From an uncultured Devosia sp. (lineage in GTDB: Bacteria > Pseudomonadota > Alphaproteobacteria > Rhizobiales > Devosiaceae), in assembly GCA_964414845.1 (NCBI GenBank), contig CAYPYV010000002.1, forward strand, positions 1-53,956: a stretch of 53,956 bases of DNA, given 5' to 3'. The notes under the pieces were generated by a model. It ran no database searches. It worked only from the letters and a program-made list of their open reading frames with translations, and was not told the DNA's origin. Below are positions 1 to 9,522 of this stretch, in pieces; the first letter of the stretch is position 1, and each line of letters starts with the position of its first letter. The position numbers and the translations under genes are program-made.

Positions 1-209
1 ATGAATCCGGGTACGATCAGATGCGGCTTGTGGTCGATGATATCCGCGCCTGCCGCCGAGGCGGGATCGAAGGTGCCGACGGCGGTAATGATCCCATCCG
101 AGATTGTGACGGCGCCGTCTTCGACGAAGCGATACGACGCGCGGTCATCTCGCGCCTGCGGTTCCTCGACGAAGCTCAGTACGCGCCCGCGGAGAATTCG
201 CGTGGTCAC
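1..209 (-). CDS. guaD: Guanine deaminase (amidohydrolase fold), N-terminal part; runs off the window edge
   Basis: Not in the ORF track. Manual translation from GTG at 209 (GTGA overlap with puuD stop): MTTRILRGRVLSFVEEP...EDGAVTISDGIITAVG...DHKPHLIVPGF, the typical GuaD N-terminus before the PGFxDxH motif; purine operon context. Confidence 0.85.
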   Translation of the reverse strand, partial: MTTRILRGRVLSFVEEPQARDDRASYRFVEDGAVTISDGIITAVGTFDPASAAGADIIDHKPHLIVPGF

Positions 210-1426
210 GAGCGCGCCTCCCGGAACCATTCGACGAGCAGCGCCCGCTCCTCGGGCGTGATCTCGGTCATGTTGCCCGGCGGCATGGCACGCGAATAGC
301 CTGCCTGCAGGGCGATCTGCTCGGCATGGTTGGCAATGGCGATGTCATTGTCGAGGATCACATTCTTGGGCGCCTCGGCGATACCCTCCTGCCCCGGCAC
401 AGCGGCGTGGCACATCGCGCAGCGGGTCTGCACCACCTGCGCCGCGGCCTTGAAGTGCGGGGATTGCATATAGAGCGTTGCCTGTGGCGACGGCAGCGTT
501 TCGGCGCCAGTCGGCAGCTTCGGGCTGCTCGACAGCCAGGCGATCAGGATGAAGATGATCACCGCCAGCGCCCAGGTCCAGTAGGGTTTGCCCTTGCGTG
601 CATGCTTGGTGTTGAAGAAGTGCCGGATCAGCACGCCTTCAAGGAAGATCAGCGACGCAATGAGCCAGTTCCACTCGGTGGCGAAAGCCAGCGGGTAATG
701 GCTCGACAGCATGAAGAAGATGACGGGCAGCGTCAGGTAATTGTTGTGCAGGCTGCGCTGCTTGGCAATCTTGCCATATTTGGCGTCAGGCACCCGGCCC
801 GCCTTCAGGTCGGCAACGACGATCTTCTGGTTGGGAATGATGATCATCGCCACATTGGCAGCCATGATCGTCGCAGTGAACGCGCCCATATGCAGCATCG
901 CCGCCCGGCCGGTGAACACCTTGGTATAGGCATAGGCCATGGCAACGAGGATGGCGAAAAGCACCACCATCAACCCGGTGGTGGATTGCCCGATCTTCGA
1001 CTTGCACAGGGTGTCGTAGACGAGCCAGCCGAAGATGATCGAGCCGAGCGAAATCAGGATCGCGGCCCAGTTGGGCACGTCAAGCACATGACGGTCGACG
1101 AGGTACAGGTCGGCGCTGAAATAGTACATCAGCACCAGCAGCATGAAGCCACTGAGCCAGGTCGAATAGGCTTCCCACTTGAACCACGTCAGGTGTTCGG
1201 GGAGAAAATCCGGCGCCACGAGATACTTCTGGATGTGGTAGAAGCCACCGCCATGCACCTGCCATTCCTCGCCATGGGCGAGCGGCGGCAGGCTAGGAGT
1301 CTTCCGCAGGCCCAGGTCAAGGGCGATGAAATAGAAGCTGGAGCCGATCCAGGCGATGGCCGTGATCACATGCGCCCAGCGCACGGCGAAGTTGAGCCAT
1401 TCCCATATGATTGCGGTATCGGTCAT
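206..1426 (-). CDS. puuD: Membrane urate hydroxylase with C-terminal cytochrome c domain
   Basis: RWAHVITAIAWIGSSFYF, WQVHGGGFY, HNNYLTLPV motifs, multiple TM segments, heme motif CAMCH; start trimmed to MTDTAII at 1426. Confidence 0.92.
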   Translation of the reverse strand: MTDTAIIWEWLNFAVRWAHVITAIAWIGSSFYFIALDLGLRKTPSLPPLAHGEEWQVHGGGFYHIQKYLVAPDFLPEHLTWFKWEAYSTWLSGFMLLVLMYYFSADLYLVDRHVLDVPNWAAILISLGSIIFGWLVYDTLCKSKIGQSTTGLMVVLFAILVAMAYAYTKVFTGRAAMLHMGAFTATIMAANVAMIIIPNQKIVVADLKAGRVPDAKYGKIAKQRSLHNNYLTLPVIFFMLSSHYPLAFATEWNWLIASLIFLEGVLIRHFFNTKHARKGKPYWTWALAVIIFILIAWLSSSPKLPTGAETLPSPQATLYMQSPHFKAAAQVVQTRCAMCHAAVPGQEGIAEAPKNVILDNDIAIANHAEQIALQAGYSRAMPPGNMTEITPEERALLVEWFREARS

Positions 1427-1593
1427 CAATCGGTCACTCTGTACCCGGCGAAAGCGGCCCACCCTCACGCTGCCCTTCGCCACCTTCCCCCAAAACGGGC
1501 GAAGATCTCGCGGCAGAATCTCGCAGGCTTCATCTACTCTCAATTTGAGAGCAGGCGCCCGCACGGCTGATCAGAGGAGAGGCCCAAGAGAGT

Positions 1594-1615
1594 GGGGCGC
1601 GCCAAAGCGCGCCCC
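1594..1615 (-). terminator. GC-rich hairpin downstream of the BMP gene
   Basis: GGGGCGCGC-CAAA-GCGCGCCCC perfect 9-bp stem, followed by pyrimidine-rich sequence on the minus strand. Confidence 0.6.
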
Positions 1616-1623
1616 TGAGGTGA

Positions 1624-2709
1624 TTACTGGATGACTTCGACGCCTTCGACATAGGTCTGCATGCCGAGCAAGAACCCATCGTCAGGAGTGACGCCGGCTG
1701 CAACGAACTCGGCACCGTCCTTATCCTTGAGCGGGCCGGTGAAGATGTGGAAGCTGCCGTCGATCTGGCCATTCTTGACCACATCGGCAGCTGCCTGCAC
1801 GTCCGCCGGCACCGTCGCGTTGTAGGGCGTGATGACGAGCCCGCCGTCCTTGAGGCCGTCCCACGGCTGGGCCGGGGCCCAAGTGCCGGCTATCACGGCC
1901 TCAGCGGTCTTGATGTAGTGCGGACCCCAATTGTCGACGATCGAGGTCAGGCACTGGGTGGGACCGAAGGCCGACATATCGGAGGCCTGGCCGAAGCACG
2001 GAACACCGAGGCGCTCGCAGAGCTCAACGGGCGCCGGCGAGTCGGTGTGCTGAGTGATGAAGTCACAGCCCTGGTCGATAAAGGCCTGCGCCTGCGCGCC
2101 TTCCTTGGCGGGATCGAACCAGGTCGAGAGATAAGCGGCCTTGAGCACGAAAGCCGGGTTCACCTTGCGAGCGGCGATCACGAAGGCATTCATGCCCATC
2201 ACCACTTCGGGGATCGGGAACGAGGCGATATAGCCTGCAACGCCCTTCTTGGACATGTGCCCGGCAATAGTGCCAATGACCGCACGACCTTCGTAGAAGC
2301 GGGCATTATAGGTGCCGAGGTTCGGACCGGTCATGTAGCCGGTGCAATGCTCGAAGATCACGTCCGGGAACTCGGCCGAAACCTTCACTGCCGCTTCCAT
2401 GTGGCCGAAGGTGGTCGCAAAGATCAGCTTGTGGCCCTGCTGCGCCAGTTCGCGCAGCACGCGCTCGACATTGGGGCCGGCCTCGCCAACATTCTCGACC
2501 TTCGTGACTTCTACCTTGTCGCCAAGCGCTTTGGCGAGATCGTTGGCGCCCTGGTCGTGGGCGTAGGTCCAACCGAAGTCGCCCGGGACGGCGAGGTAGG
2601 CAAAGCCCACCTTGAGCTTCTCCTGGCCGAAAGCGAGGCCCGGAAGAACGGGCAGCGCCGCCAGCGCCAGACCGCCCTTGAGGATGGTACGACGTGTTGC
2701 GATTGTCAT
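1624..2709 (-). CDS. BMP-family ABC transporter substrate-binding protein (purine/nucleoside)
   Basis: Tat signal TRRTILK; GDFGWTYAHDQG, PIPEV, QHTDS, DNWGP motifs. Confidence 0.92.
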   Translation of the reverse strand: MTIATRRTILKGGLALAALPVLPGLAFGQEKLKVGFAYLAVPGDFGWTYAHDQGANDLAKALGDKVEVTKVENVGEAGPNVERVLRELAQQGHKLIFATTFGHMEAAVKVSAEFPDVIFEHCTGYMTGPNLGTYNARFYEGRAVIGTIAGHMSKKGVAGYIASFPIPEVVMGMNAFVIAARKVNPAFVLKAAYLSTWFDPAKEGAQAQAFIDQGCDFITQHTDSPAPVELCERLGVPCFGQASDMSAFGPTQCLTSIVDNWGPHYIKTAEAVIAGTWAPAQPWDGLKDGGLVITPYNATVPADVQAAADVVKNGQIDGSFHIFTGPLKDKDGAEFVAAGVTPDDGFLLGMQTYVEGVEVIQ

Positions 2710-2775
2710 ATTGGTTTCTCCTGCATGACGTTTCTTTTGTAGTCAGTCGTATGACAAGGGCCGGCCGTGCCGGTC

Positions 2776-3705
2776 CTAGATCGTGGGTAGGAACGGCTTT
2801 CCGAGGCAAGCGGGCGCAACGCTATTGCCGCTGCGCCGCAAGGAAATGATGACGAGCACGATGATCGTCATGAGATAAGGAAGCGCCGCCCAAAGCTCTG
2901 ACGGCAGCGCCGAAAACACGCCACCGGCCGCCTTGGCATGCACCTCAAGCGTCATGACCGCACCAAACAGATAGGCGCCGACCAGCAGCCGATAGGGCTT
3001 CCAGGCGGCGAACACGACCAGAGCCAGCGCAATCCAGCCGCGCCCTGCGGTCAGACCCTCGGCCCAGATCGGCGTGAGCACCAGGGAGAACATCGAGCCG
3101 GCAATGCCGGCCATGGCGCCGCCGAAAGCAACCGCAGCATAGCGCACGCCCGTCACCGAATAGCCGATCGAGTGCGCCGACAGGTCGTTCTCGCCCACGG
3201 CTCGCAGGATGAGCCCTGCCCGCGACGACTTGAGGAACCAGGCTACGCCAATGCACATTGCGAGCGAAAAATAGACCAGCGGCGAATAGCCGAAGATCAC
3301 ACGCCATATCGGATCGGTGGCGAGTGGCGATGGAAAGAGCTGGGTGAACGCCGGTACGGTCTTTCCGAGAAACGCCTTGCCGGCCAGCGCAGAGAACCCG
3401 CCACCGAAAATGGTGAGTGCCAAACCCGTAGCAACCTGATTTGCCGCGAGCGTGAGCGTCAGGAAGCCGAATACCATCGATGCTGTGGCCCCGGCCATCG
3501 CGGCAGCGAGGGTGCCGAGCCACGGGCTCCCGAAGCTCGATGTAACGGCAAAGCCGGTGACGGCCCCGATCAGCATCATGCCTTCGACGCCCAGGTTGAG
3601 CACGCCGGCTTTTTCCACCACCAGTTCGCCCAGACCCGCCAGCAGGATCGGTGACGCAACAAGTACGATTGCGAAGATGATCGCGATGCCAAACTCGATG
3701 GTCAT
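2776..3705 (-). CDS. Nucleoside/purine ABC transporter permease
   Basis: EKAGVLNLGVEGMM, AGRGWIALALV motifs; real start MTIEFG at 3705 (ATGA overlap with upstream permease). Confidence 0.92.
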   Translation of the reverse strand: MTIEFGIAIIFAIVLVASPILLAGLGELVVEKAGVLNLGVEGMMLIGAVTGFAVTSSFGSPWLGTLAAAMAGATASMVFGFLTLTLAANQVATGLALTIFGGGFSALAGKAFLGKTVPAFTQLFPSPLATDPIWRVIFGYSPLVYFSLAMCIGVAWFLKSSRAGLILRAVGENDLSAHSIGYSVTGVRYAAVAFGGAMAGIAGSMFSLVLTPIWAEGLTAGRGWIALALVVFAAWKPYRLLVGAYLFGAVMTLEVHAKAAGGVFSALPSELWAALPYLMTIIVLVIISLRRSGNSVAPACLGKPFLPTI

Positions 3706-4784
3706 GCCGTCTCTCCCCCCGCCCGCGTCGACACCGCCCGCACCCGATAGCGCACCAGAACGTCGCCAGCGAGCAGGAAGAACAGCAGCATTCCCTGGAA
3801 GATGCCTGTGGCAGCGCTCGGCAGACCCATGGTGGTCTGCGCCACTTCGCCCCCGACATAAGAGATCGCTAGCACAATGCCGGCGATCACGACGCCCAGT
3901 GGATTGAGCCTGCCGAGAAAGGCGACAATGATGGCAGTAAAGCCGTAGCCGGTAGGAAAGGCCGGCACCAGTTGGCGGAATGGACCCGCAGCTTCGAGCA
4001 CGCCTGCAAGCCCTGCAAGGCCGCCCGAAACAAGCATCACCAGCCAGATTGCCCGCTTGGCGGAGAAACCGCCATAGCGCGCAGCATGCGGCGCCGACCC
4101 GACAACGCGAACCTGGAAGCCGAATACCGACCGGGTCATCACAAACCAGGCGAGAACGGCCACCAGCAGGGCTATGGGCACACCCCAGTGAAGGATGGTC
4201 CCTGGCCAAAGATAGGGGAGCGATTGGCTTGTGGTGAACAAGGGCGTCTTGGGGAACGAAAACCCCATCGGATCCTTCCACACGGTGCGCAACAGGAAAT
4301 AGAGCAGTTGCACCACCGCATAGTTGAGCATCAGCGTCGTCAGGATCTCGTTGACGTCGAACTTGGTTCTGAGGAAGGCGGGGATCGCGGCCAGCGCCAT
4401 CCCGGCGAGGACGCCCATCAGGATCATCACCGGCAGGATCCATGGCCCCTGCATCTTCATGGTCAGGAGGGCTACGGCAGTGCCGCCGAGGGCGCCTGCG
4501 ACGTACTGGCCCTCGGCGCCAATGTTCCAGACATTGGCGCGATAGGCTATCGACAGCCCGACACCGATGATGATCAGCGGCGCCGCCTTCACGCCGAGGT
4601 CCTGCCATTTGAGGGGATTGGTCAGCGGGCGGGTGAATATCTCCAGCACCGCGCCGATCCCGTCATAGCCGATCACCGAAAAGAGGATCGCCCCGACCAC
4701 CATGGTCAGCAGCACAGCCATGATTGGCGCCGCATAGAGCATGGTCCGGCTGGGCTGTGCCCGCTTTTCAAGCCGTAACTGCAT
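3702..4784 (-). CDS. Nucleoside/purine ABC transporter permease
   Basis: WNIGAEGQ, NEILTTLMLNY, GYGFTAIIVAFLGRLNP motifs. Confidence 0.92.
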   Translation of the reverse strand: MQLRLEKRAQPSRTMLYAAPIMAVLLTMVVGAILFSVIGYDGIGAVLEIFTRPLTNPLKWQDLGVKAAPLIIIGVGLSIAYRANVWNIGAEGQYVAGALGGTAVALLTMKMQGPWILPVMILMGVLAGMALAAIPAFLRTKFDVNEILTTLMLNYAVVQLLYFLLRTVWKDPMGFSFPKTPLFTTSQSLPYLWPGTILHWGVPIALLVAVLAWFVMTRSVFGFQVRVVGSAPHAARYGGFSAKRAIWLVMLVSGGLAGLAGVLEAAGPFRQLVPAFPTGYGFTAIIVAFLGRLNPLGVVIAGIVLAISYVGGEVAQTTMGLPSAATGIFQGMLLFFLLAGDVLVRYRVRAVSTRAGGETA

Positions 4785-6333
4785 GCCCCGCCCCCGACTC
4801 GATATGCGTTTCCTGAGGCGTCCCGTGTATGCCGCCCATCAGGAGCCCGATCTCGTTGATATCCGCCTCCGAAACCTTCATCGGCTTCGAGAGCTTGCCC
4901 CCGTTGATGACCGCGAGCGTGTCGCAGAGCGAAAGCAGTTCATCGAGATCCTGGCTGATCACGACGATGGCCGAGCCCGCGCCTGCAAGGTCAACCAACG
5001 ACTGGTGGATGGCGGCAGCGGCGCCCGCATCGACGCCCCAGGTCGGCTGGCTGACGACAAGCGTCGTGGGCCTTTGCAGAATTTCACGGCCCATGATGTA
5101 TTTCTGCAGGTTGCCCCCGGACAGTGAGCCCGCCATGGCCTCGGTGCCAGTGGCCTTCACCGCGAAGGCGGAAATCACTTCGCCCGCATATTTTCGCGCG
5201 GCCCGGGGCTGGATGAGGCCGCTAAGCGCCAGGTTCAGTCGATCGCGGGCGGTGAGCACCGCATTATCCCACAGCGTGAAATCAGGAACCGCAGCGTGGC
5301 CATTGCGTTCCTCGGGCACGGAGGCGAGACCATTGAGCCGACGCTGCTTGGCATCGAGCGCCCCGACCGGAACGCCATCAAGCGTGATTGCCGCTGGATC
5401 TTCCACCGGCTCCTCGCCCGAAAGTGCGAGCAGCAGCGCCGTCTGGCCATTGCCTGCGACGCCTGCGATGCCAAAGATTTCGCCCGCCCGGACCGTGAAC
5501 GTGATGTCCTTGAGCGCAGTGCCGAAATGCCCGATGGCCGGGAGGTTGAGACGGTTGACGACGAACTTCTCGGCCCCGAACGCCCGCCCCTGGGGCTTCT
5601 CGATGTTCTTCAGGTTGCCACCGATCATCTTCTCGGCCATCGACCGGCTGGTTTCCAGCTTCGGGTCACAGGTATCGACCAGCTTTCCGCCACGGAGGAT
5701 GGTGGCGGTGTCGCACAAGGCTTTGATCTCATGCAGCTTGTGCGAGATGTAGAGGATCGAACACCCCTCCGCCGCGAGCTTTCGCAGAACGACGAACAAT
5801 TGCTCCACTTCCTGCGGGGTCAGCACCGAGGTCGGTTCATCCATGATGAGCAGTTTCGGGTTCAGCAGCAACGCCCGTACGATTTCGATGCGCTGCCGCT
5901 CGCCGACCGAGAGAGTAGACACTGTGCGTTGCGGATCGAGCTTCAGCCCGTACTGGTCCATCACCTGCCGGATACGCGCCTCGAGTTCGCGCGCCGGGAT
6001 CTTCGCATCCATGCCGAGCGCGATGTTTTCGAGCACGGTGAGCGCCTCGAACAGCGAGAAATGCTGGAAGACCATGCCGATCCCCAGCTTGCGGGCCGCC
6101 TTTGGATTGGCCACGCGAATCGCCTCGCCGTTCCAGCGGATTTCGCCCGAATCGGGCGGCATGATGCCGTAGATCATCTTCACCAGCGTCGACTTGCCGG
6201 CGCCGTTTTCGCCGAGCAACGCGTGGATTTCACCCGGCTTTACAGAGAATGAGACATTGTCGTTGGCGAGGACGCCCGGAAAACGCTTCGAAATGCCGCT
6301 GAGTTCGAGGCGCGGCTTCTGGTCAGTTTTCAA
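4768..6333 (-). CDS. ABC transporter ATP-binding protein (tandem NBD, CUT2 type)
   Basis: Walker A GENGAGKST, LSVGERQ, MDEPT, second LSGGNLQK. Confidence 0.95.
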   Translation of the reverse strand: MKTDQKPRLELSGISKRFPGVLANDNVSFSVKPGEIHALLGENGAGKSTLVKMIYGIMPPDSGEIRWNGEAIRVANPKAARKLGIGMVFQHFSLFEALTVLENIALGMDAKIPARELEARIRQVMDQYGLKLDPQRTVSTLSVGERQRIEIVRALLLNPKLLIMDEPTSVLTPQEVEQLFVVLRKLAAEGCSILYISHKLHEIKALCDTATILRGGKLVDTCDPKLETSRSMAEKMIGGNLKNIEKPQGRAFGAEKFVVNRLNLPAIGHFGTALKDITFTVRAGEIFGIAGVAGNGQTALLLALSGEEPVEDPAAITLDGVPVGALDAKQRRLNGLASVPEERNGHAAVPDFTLWDNAVLTARDRLNLALSGLIQPRAARKYAGEVISAFAVKATGTEAMAGSLSGGNLQKYIMGREILQRPTTLVVSQPTWGVDAGAAAAIHQSLVDLAGAGSAIVVISQDLDELLSLCDTLAVINGGKLSKPMKVSEADINEIGLLMGGIHGTPQETHIESGAGHAVTA

Positions 6334-7198
6334 GGACGGCTCCCGACTTCGCTACGGTGACCGGCCCCGCCGCAAGGGCTTCCCGACCGGCAGTGTGGAC
6401 CATAATCTCCGCGGCCGCCAGCGCCGCAATCACCTCGGGGCGCTTGTCGCGCAATGGCTGGGGAAAAGCCGCCGATCCGAGCGGCAGGACGAGCCGGTCG
6501 AGCGTCGCGGCGGGGTAGCCCTCGCCCAGGTACCAGCTCTTGAACTTCGCCTTCTTGGTCTGCGAGCCGACCATGCCGACATAGGGCGCATCCGCGCGCT
6601 GCAGGGCTTCGGCGGCGATGAGGAAATCGAGCGCATGGTCATGCGTGAGGATGGCATAGCTGCTGCCCAGCGGCGCCTGTCGTACCACTGCCTCCGGCAT
6701 GGCAACCACGCGTCCAGTGACCCCTGGCGGCAGGTCAGTGAGTTCGTCGGGGCGGGTATCGACCACGGTGACCTTAAGCGGCAGTGCCGAGAGCGCCATA
6801 GCGAGCGCCTTGCCAACATGGCCGGAGCCGAAGAGGAAAAGGTTTGGCCGCGCATCTTCGTCATGTCGCAGCCGCCCGACAAGGGCTTCGGCCGAGGCGA
6901 TATCCAGCCGCCGCAGCGCGACATCGACGCGGCCACCGCAGCACTGCCCGATCTCCGGCCCGAGCGGCACGTCGAGATCGTCGCCCGCGGAGCCCTGTCG
7001 CAAAACCTGCCGAGCACGGGCGATCACCAGATATTCGAGCGCCCCGCCGCCAATGGTTCCGATGGTCGCGTCAGGGGCGACGACCATGAACGCCCCGGCC
7101 TCGCGGGGCGAGGACCCACGCACCGCAGTGAGTTCCGCCACCACCGCATCGGGATGCGATGATACGAACTCTGCGAGGCGCGCGGCGGAAAAGCTCAA
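6323..7198 (-). CDS. xdhC: Xanthine dehydrogenase accessory protein
   Basis: GSSPREAGA, GTIGGGALE, GQCCGG, FGSGHVG, THDHALD; TTG start at 7198 overlaps xdhB stop. Confidence 0.92.
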   Translation of the reverse strand: MSFSAARLAEFVSSHPDAVVAELTAVRGSSPREAGAFMVVAPDATIGTIGGGALEYLVIARARQVLRQGSAGDDLDVPLGPEIGQCCGGRVDVALRRLDIASAEALVGRLRHDEDARPNLFLFGSGHVGKALAMALSALPLKVTVVDTRPDELTDLPPGVTGRVVAMPEAVVRQAPLGSSYAILTHDHALDFLIAAEALQRADAPYVGMVGSQTKKAKFKSWYLGEGYPAATLDRLVLPLGSAAFPQPLRDKRPEVIAALAAAEIMVHTAGREALAAGPVTVAKSGAVLEN

Positions 7199-9522
7199 TG
7201 GGCGGCCTCTTTGCGCAGCCGCTCGACGGCCAGCAGCACCCGTTCGGGCGTCGCAGGCATTTCGAGCCGAGGGGCAATCTTGTAATCGGCGACGGAGGCA
7301 ACGGCCATCGAGAGCGCTTCGACCACCGAGTAGCCGAGCACCAAGGGCGGCTCGCCAACCGCCTTCGAACGCCCGATCGCCGGCTCCTTGTTGATACTCC
7401 ATTCGGCGAGGCGGACGTTGAACTCGGCCGGCATGTCGGAGGCGAGCGGGATCTTGTAGGTCGAGGGCGCATGCGTGCGCAGTTCACCCTTCTGATCCCA
7501 CCAGAGTTCCTCGGTGGTAAGCCAGCCCATGCCCTGGATGAAGCCGCCCTCGACCTGGCCGATGTCGATGGCAGGGTTGAGCGAACGCCCCACATCTTCG
7601 AGCACATCGGCCCGGTCGACGACATATTCGCCGGTGAGCGTATCGATGGTGACTTCGGACGCTGCCGCGCCATAGGCGAAGTAGTAGAACGGGTGGCCGC
7701 GCCCGGTTGAGCGATCCCAGTGGATCTTCGGAGTGGCGTAGAAGCCCGCTGCCGAAAGCTGCACCCGGCCCATCCAGCAGGCATGGGCGAGTTCGGCGAA
7801 GGTGAAGACCTTTGCGCCGGCGGTGATGCCGGTGAAATCCCAGCGCACCATTTCGGGCGGGACATTGCCGAGCTTTGCCGCCTGCCCGATCATGCGCGCC
7901 TTGACCTGCTCTGCGCCGTTGAGGGCCGCGGCGCCGTTGAGATCGGTACCCGAGGAGGCGGCGGTGGCCGACGTATTCGGCACCTTTCCGGTATTGGAGG
8001 CGGTGATCTTTACCGCCGAAAGCGGAATGGCGAAGGCGTCAGCCACGACCTGCGCCACCTTCACATGGAGGCCCTGCCCCATCTCGGTGCCGCCATGCGA
8101 GAGATGCACCGAACCATCACGATAGACATGGATCAGCGCCCCGGCCTGGTTGTGCCAGGTGGCAGTGAACGAGATGCCGAACTTGACCGGCACCATCGCG
8201 ATGCCCTTCTTCAGCACACGACTCTTCAAATTGTACGCGAGGATACTCTCGCGACGCGCCTGATAATCCGAGCTTTTCTCGAGGTCCGCGATCACCTCTC
8301 GGATAATGTTGTCCTCGACCGGCTGGTGATAAGGCGTGATGTTGTCGGTATCGGTGCCATAGAAATTGCGCTTGCGGATTTCGAGCGGATCGACGCCGAG
8401 ATCGTATGCGATATCCTCGATCCAGCGCTCGGCGCCGATAATGCCCTGCGGGCCGCCAAAACCACGGAAGGCGGTATTCGACTGGGTATTGGTGTAGAGC
8501 GGGGCTGAAACGGCCTCGACCGCCGGATACCAATAGGCATTGTCGCAATGGAACAGGGCGCGGTCGGTGACCGGACCAGAAAGGTCCGCCGACCAGCCAC
8601 AGCGTGCAGCGAAGCGCGCCTTGACGGCCTGGATCTTGCCCTCGTTCGTGTAGCCGACTTCGTAATCGACCACGAAGTCGTGCCGCTTGCCGGTGATCGA
8701 CATATCGTCGTCGCGGTCCGGCCGGATCTTGACGGCACGGCCGGTGAGCTTGGCCGCGAGCGCCGCAACGACGGCGAAGAGATTGCCCTGGGTTTCCTTG
8801 CCGCCGAAGCCGCCGCCCATCCGGCGCATGTTGACTGTGATCGAGGCATGCGGAACGCCGAGCGTCTGCGCCACCATCACCTGGATTTCGGTCGGGTGCT
8901 GCGTGGAGCAGTGCAGCAGCATTTCATCGCCCTCGCCCGGGATGGCGAGCGCCACCTGGCTTTCGAGATAGAAATGTTCCTGCCCGCCGAGCTTCATCCT
9001 GCCCTTGACGACGCGCTCCGACTTCTTGAAGCCCTCGGCGAGGTCGCCGCGGCTGAGCTTCAGGGGCGCGGTAACAAGCTTGCCCCCAGCCTCCGCTGCG
9101 GCCTCGGCACTGGTGATGTGCGGCAGGTCCTTGTACTCGATCTTCGCGAGCTTCGTGGCGCGGCGGGCGATGTCGCGCGTCTCTGCGACCACGGCGAAAA
9201 GCGGCTGCCCCCAGAACTGCACAAGCTTGTCCGAAAAGATCGGCTCGTCGTGCAAGTGGTTCGAACTGATATCGTTTTCGCCAATGATGTCATCGGCGGT
9301 GAGCACGGCGACAACGCCCGACGCGGCGCGAACGGCGCTGAGATCCATGCTGATGATCTCGGCATGGGCGCGGGTCGCGAGCCCGAGATAGGCGTGGAGT
9401 GTGCCGGTAGGCTCGACCAGATCGTCGATGTATTCGGCGCGGCCCGCCACCTGCTTGATGGCGGAATCATGCGGTTGCGACTGGTGCAGCGGCGATGCGG
9501 TGATAGGAGCCTGCTTGTTCAT
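7195..9522 (-). CDS. xdhB: Xanthine dehydrogenase molybdopterin-binding subunit
   Basis: GGQEHFYLE, RMGGGFGGKETQ, AFRGFGGPQG, SKAVGEPP (catalytic Glu). Confidence 0.97.
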   Translation of the reverse strand: MNKQAPITASPLHQSQPHDSAIKQVAGRAEYIDDLVEPTGTLHAYLGLATRAHAEIISMDLSAVRAASGVVAVLTADDIIGENDISSNHLHDEPIFSDKLVQFWGQPLFAVVAETRDIARRATKLAKIEYKDLPHITSAEAAAEAGGKLVTAPLKLSRGDLAEGFKKSERVVKGRMKLGGQEHFYLESQVALAIPGEGDEMLLHCSTQHPTEIQVMVAQTLGVPHASITVNMRRMGGGFGGKETQGNLFAVVAALAAKLTGRAVKIRPDRDDDMSITGKRHDFVVDYEVGYTNEGKIQAVKARFAARCGWSADLSGPVTDRALFHCDNAYWYPAVEAVSAPLYTNTQSNTAFRGFGGPQGIIGAERWIEDIAYDLGVDPLEIRKRNFYGTDTDNITPYHQPVEDNIIREVIADLEKSSDYQARRESILAYNLKSRVLKKGIAMVPVKFGISFTATWHNQAGALIHVYRDGSVHLSHGGTEMGQGLHVKVAQVVADAFAIPLSAVKITASNTGKVPNTSATAASSGTDLNGAAALNGAEQVKARMIGQAAKLGNVPPEMVRWDFTGITAGAKVFTFAELAHACWMGRVQLSAAGFYATPKIHWDRSTGRGHPFYYFAYGAAASEVTIDTLTGEYVVDRADVLEDVGRSLNPAIDIGQVEGGFIQGMGWLTTEELWWDQKGELRTHAPSTYKIPLASDMPAEFNVRLAEWSINKEPAIGRSKAVGEPPLVLGYSVVEALSMAVASVADYKIAPRLEMPATPERVLLAVERLRKEAAH

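Noticed and set aside
2776-4608. 610-aa ORF suggesting a fused or frameshifted permease
   Set aside because: The N-terminal half is an out-of-frame shadow of the 3702-4784 permease; real start at 3705 with ATGA coupling
6323-7402. N-terminally extended XdhC overlapping xdhB by ~200 bp
   Set aside because: A TTG at 7198 overlapping the xdhB stop gives a normal-length XdhC
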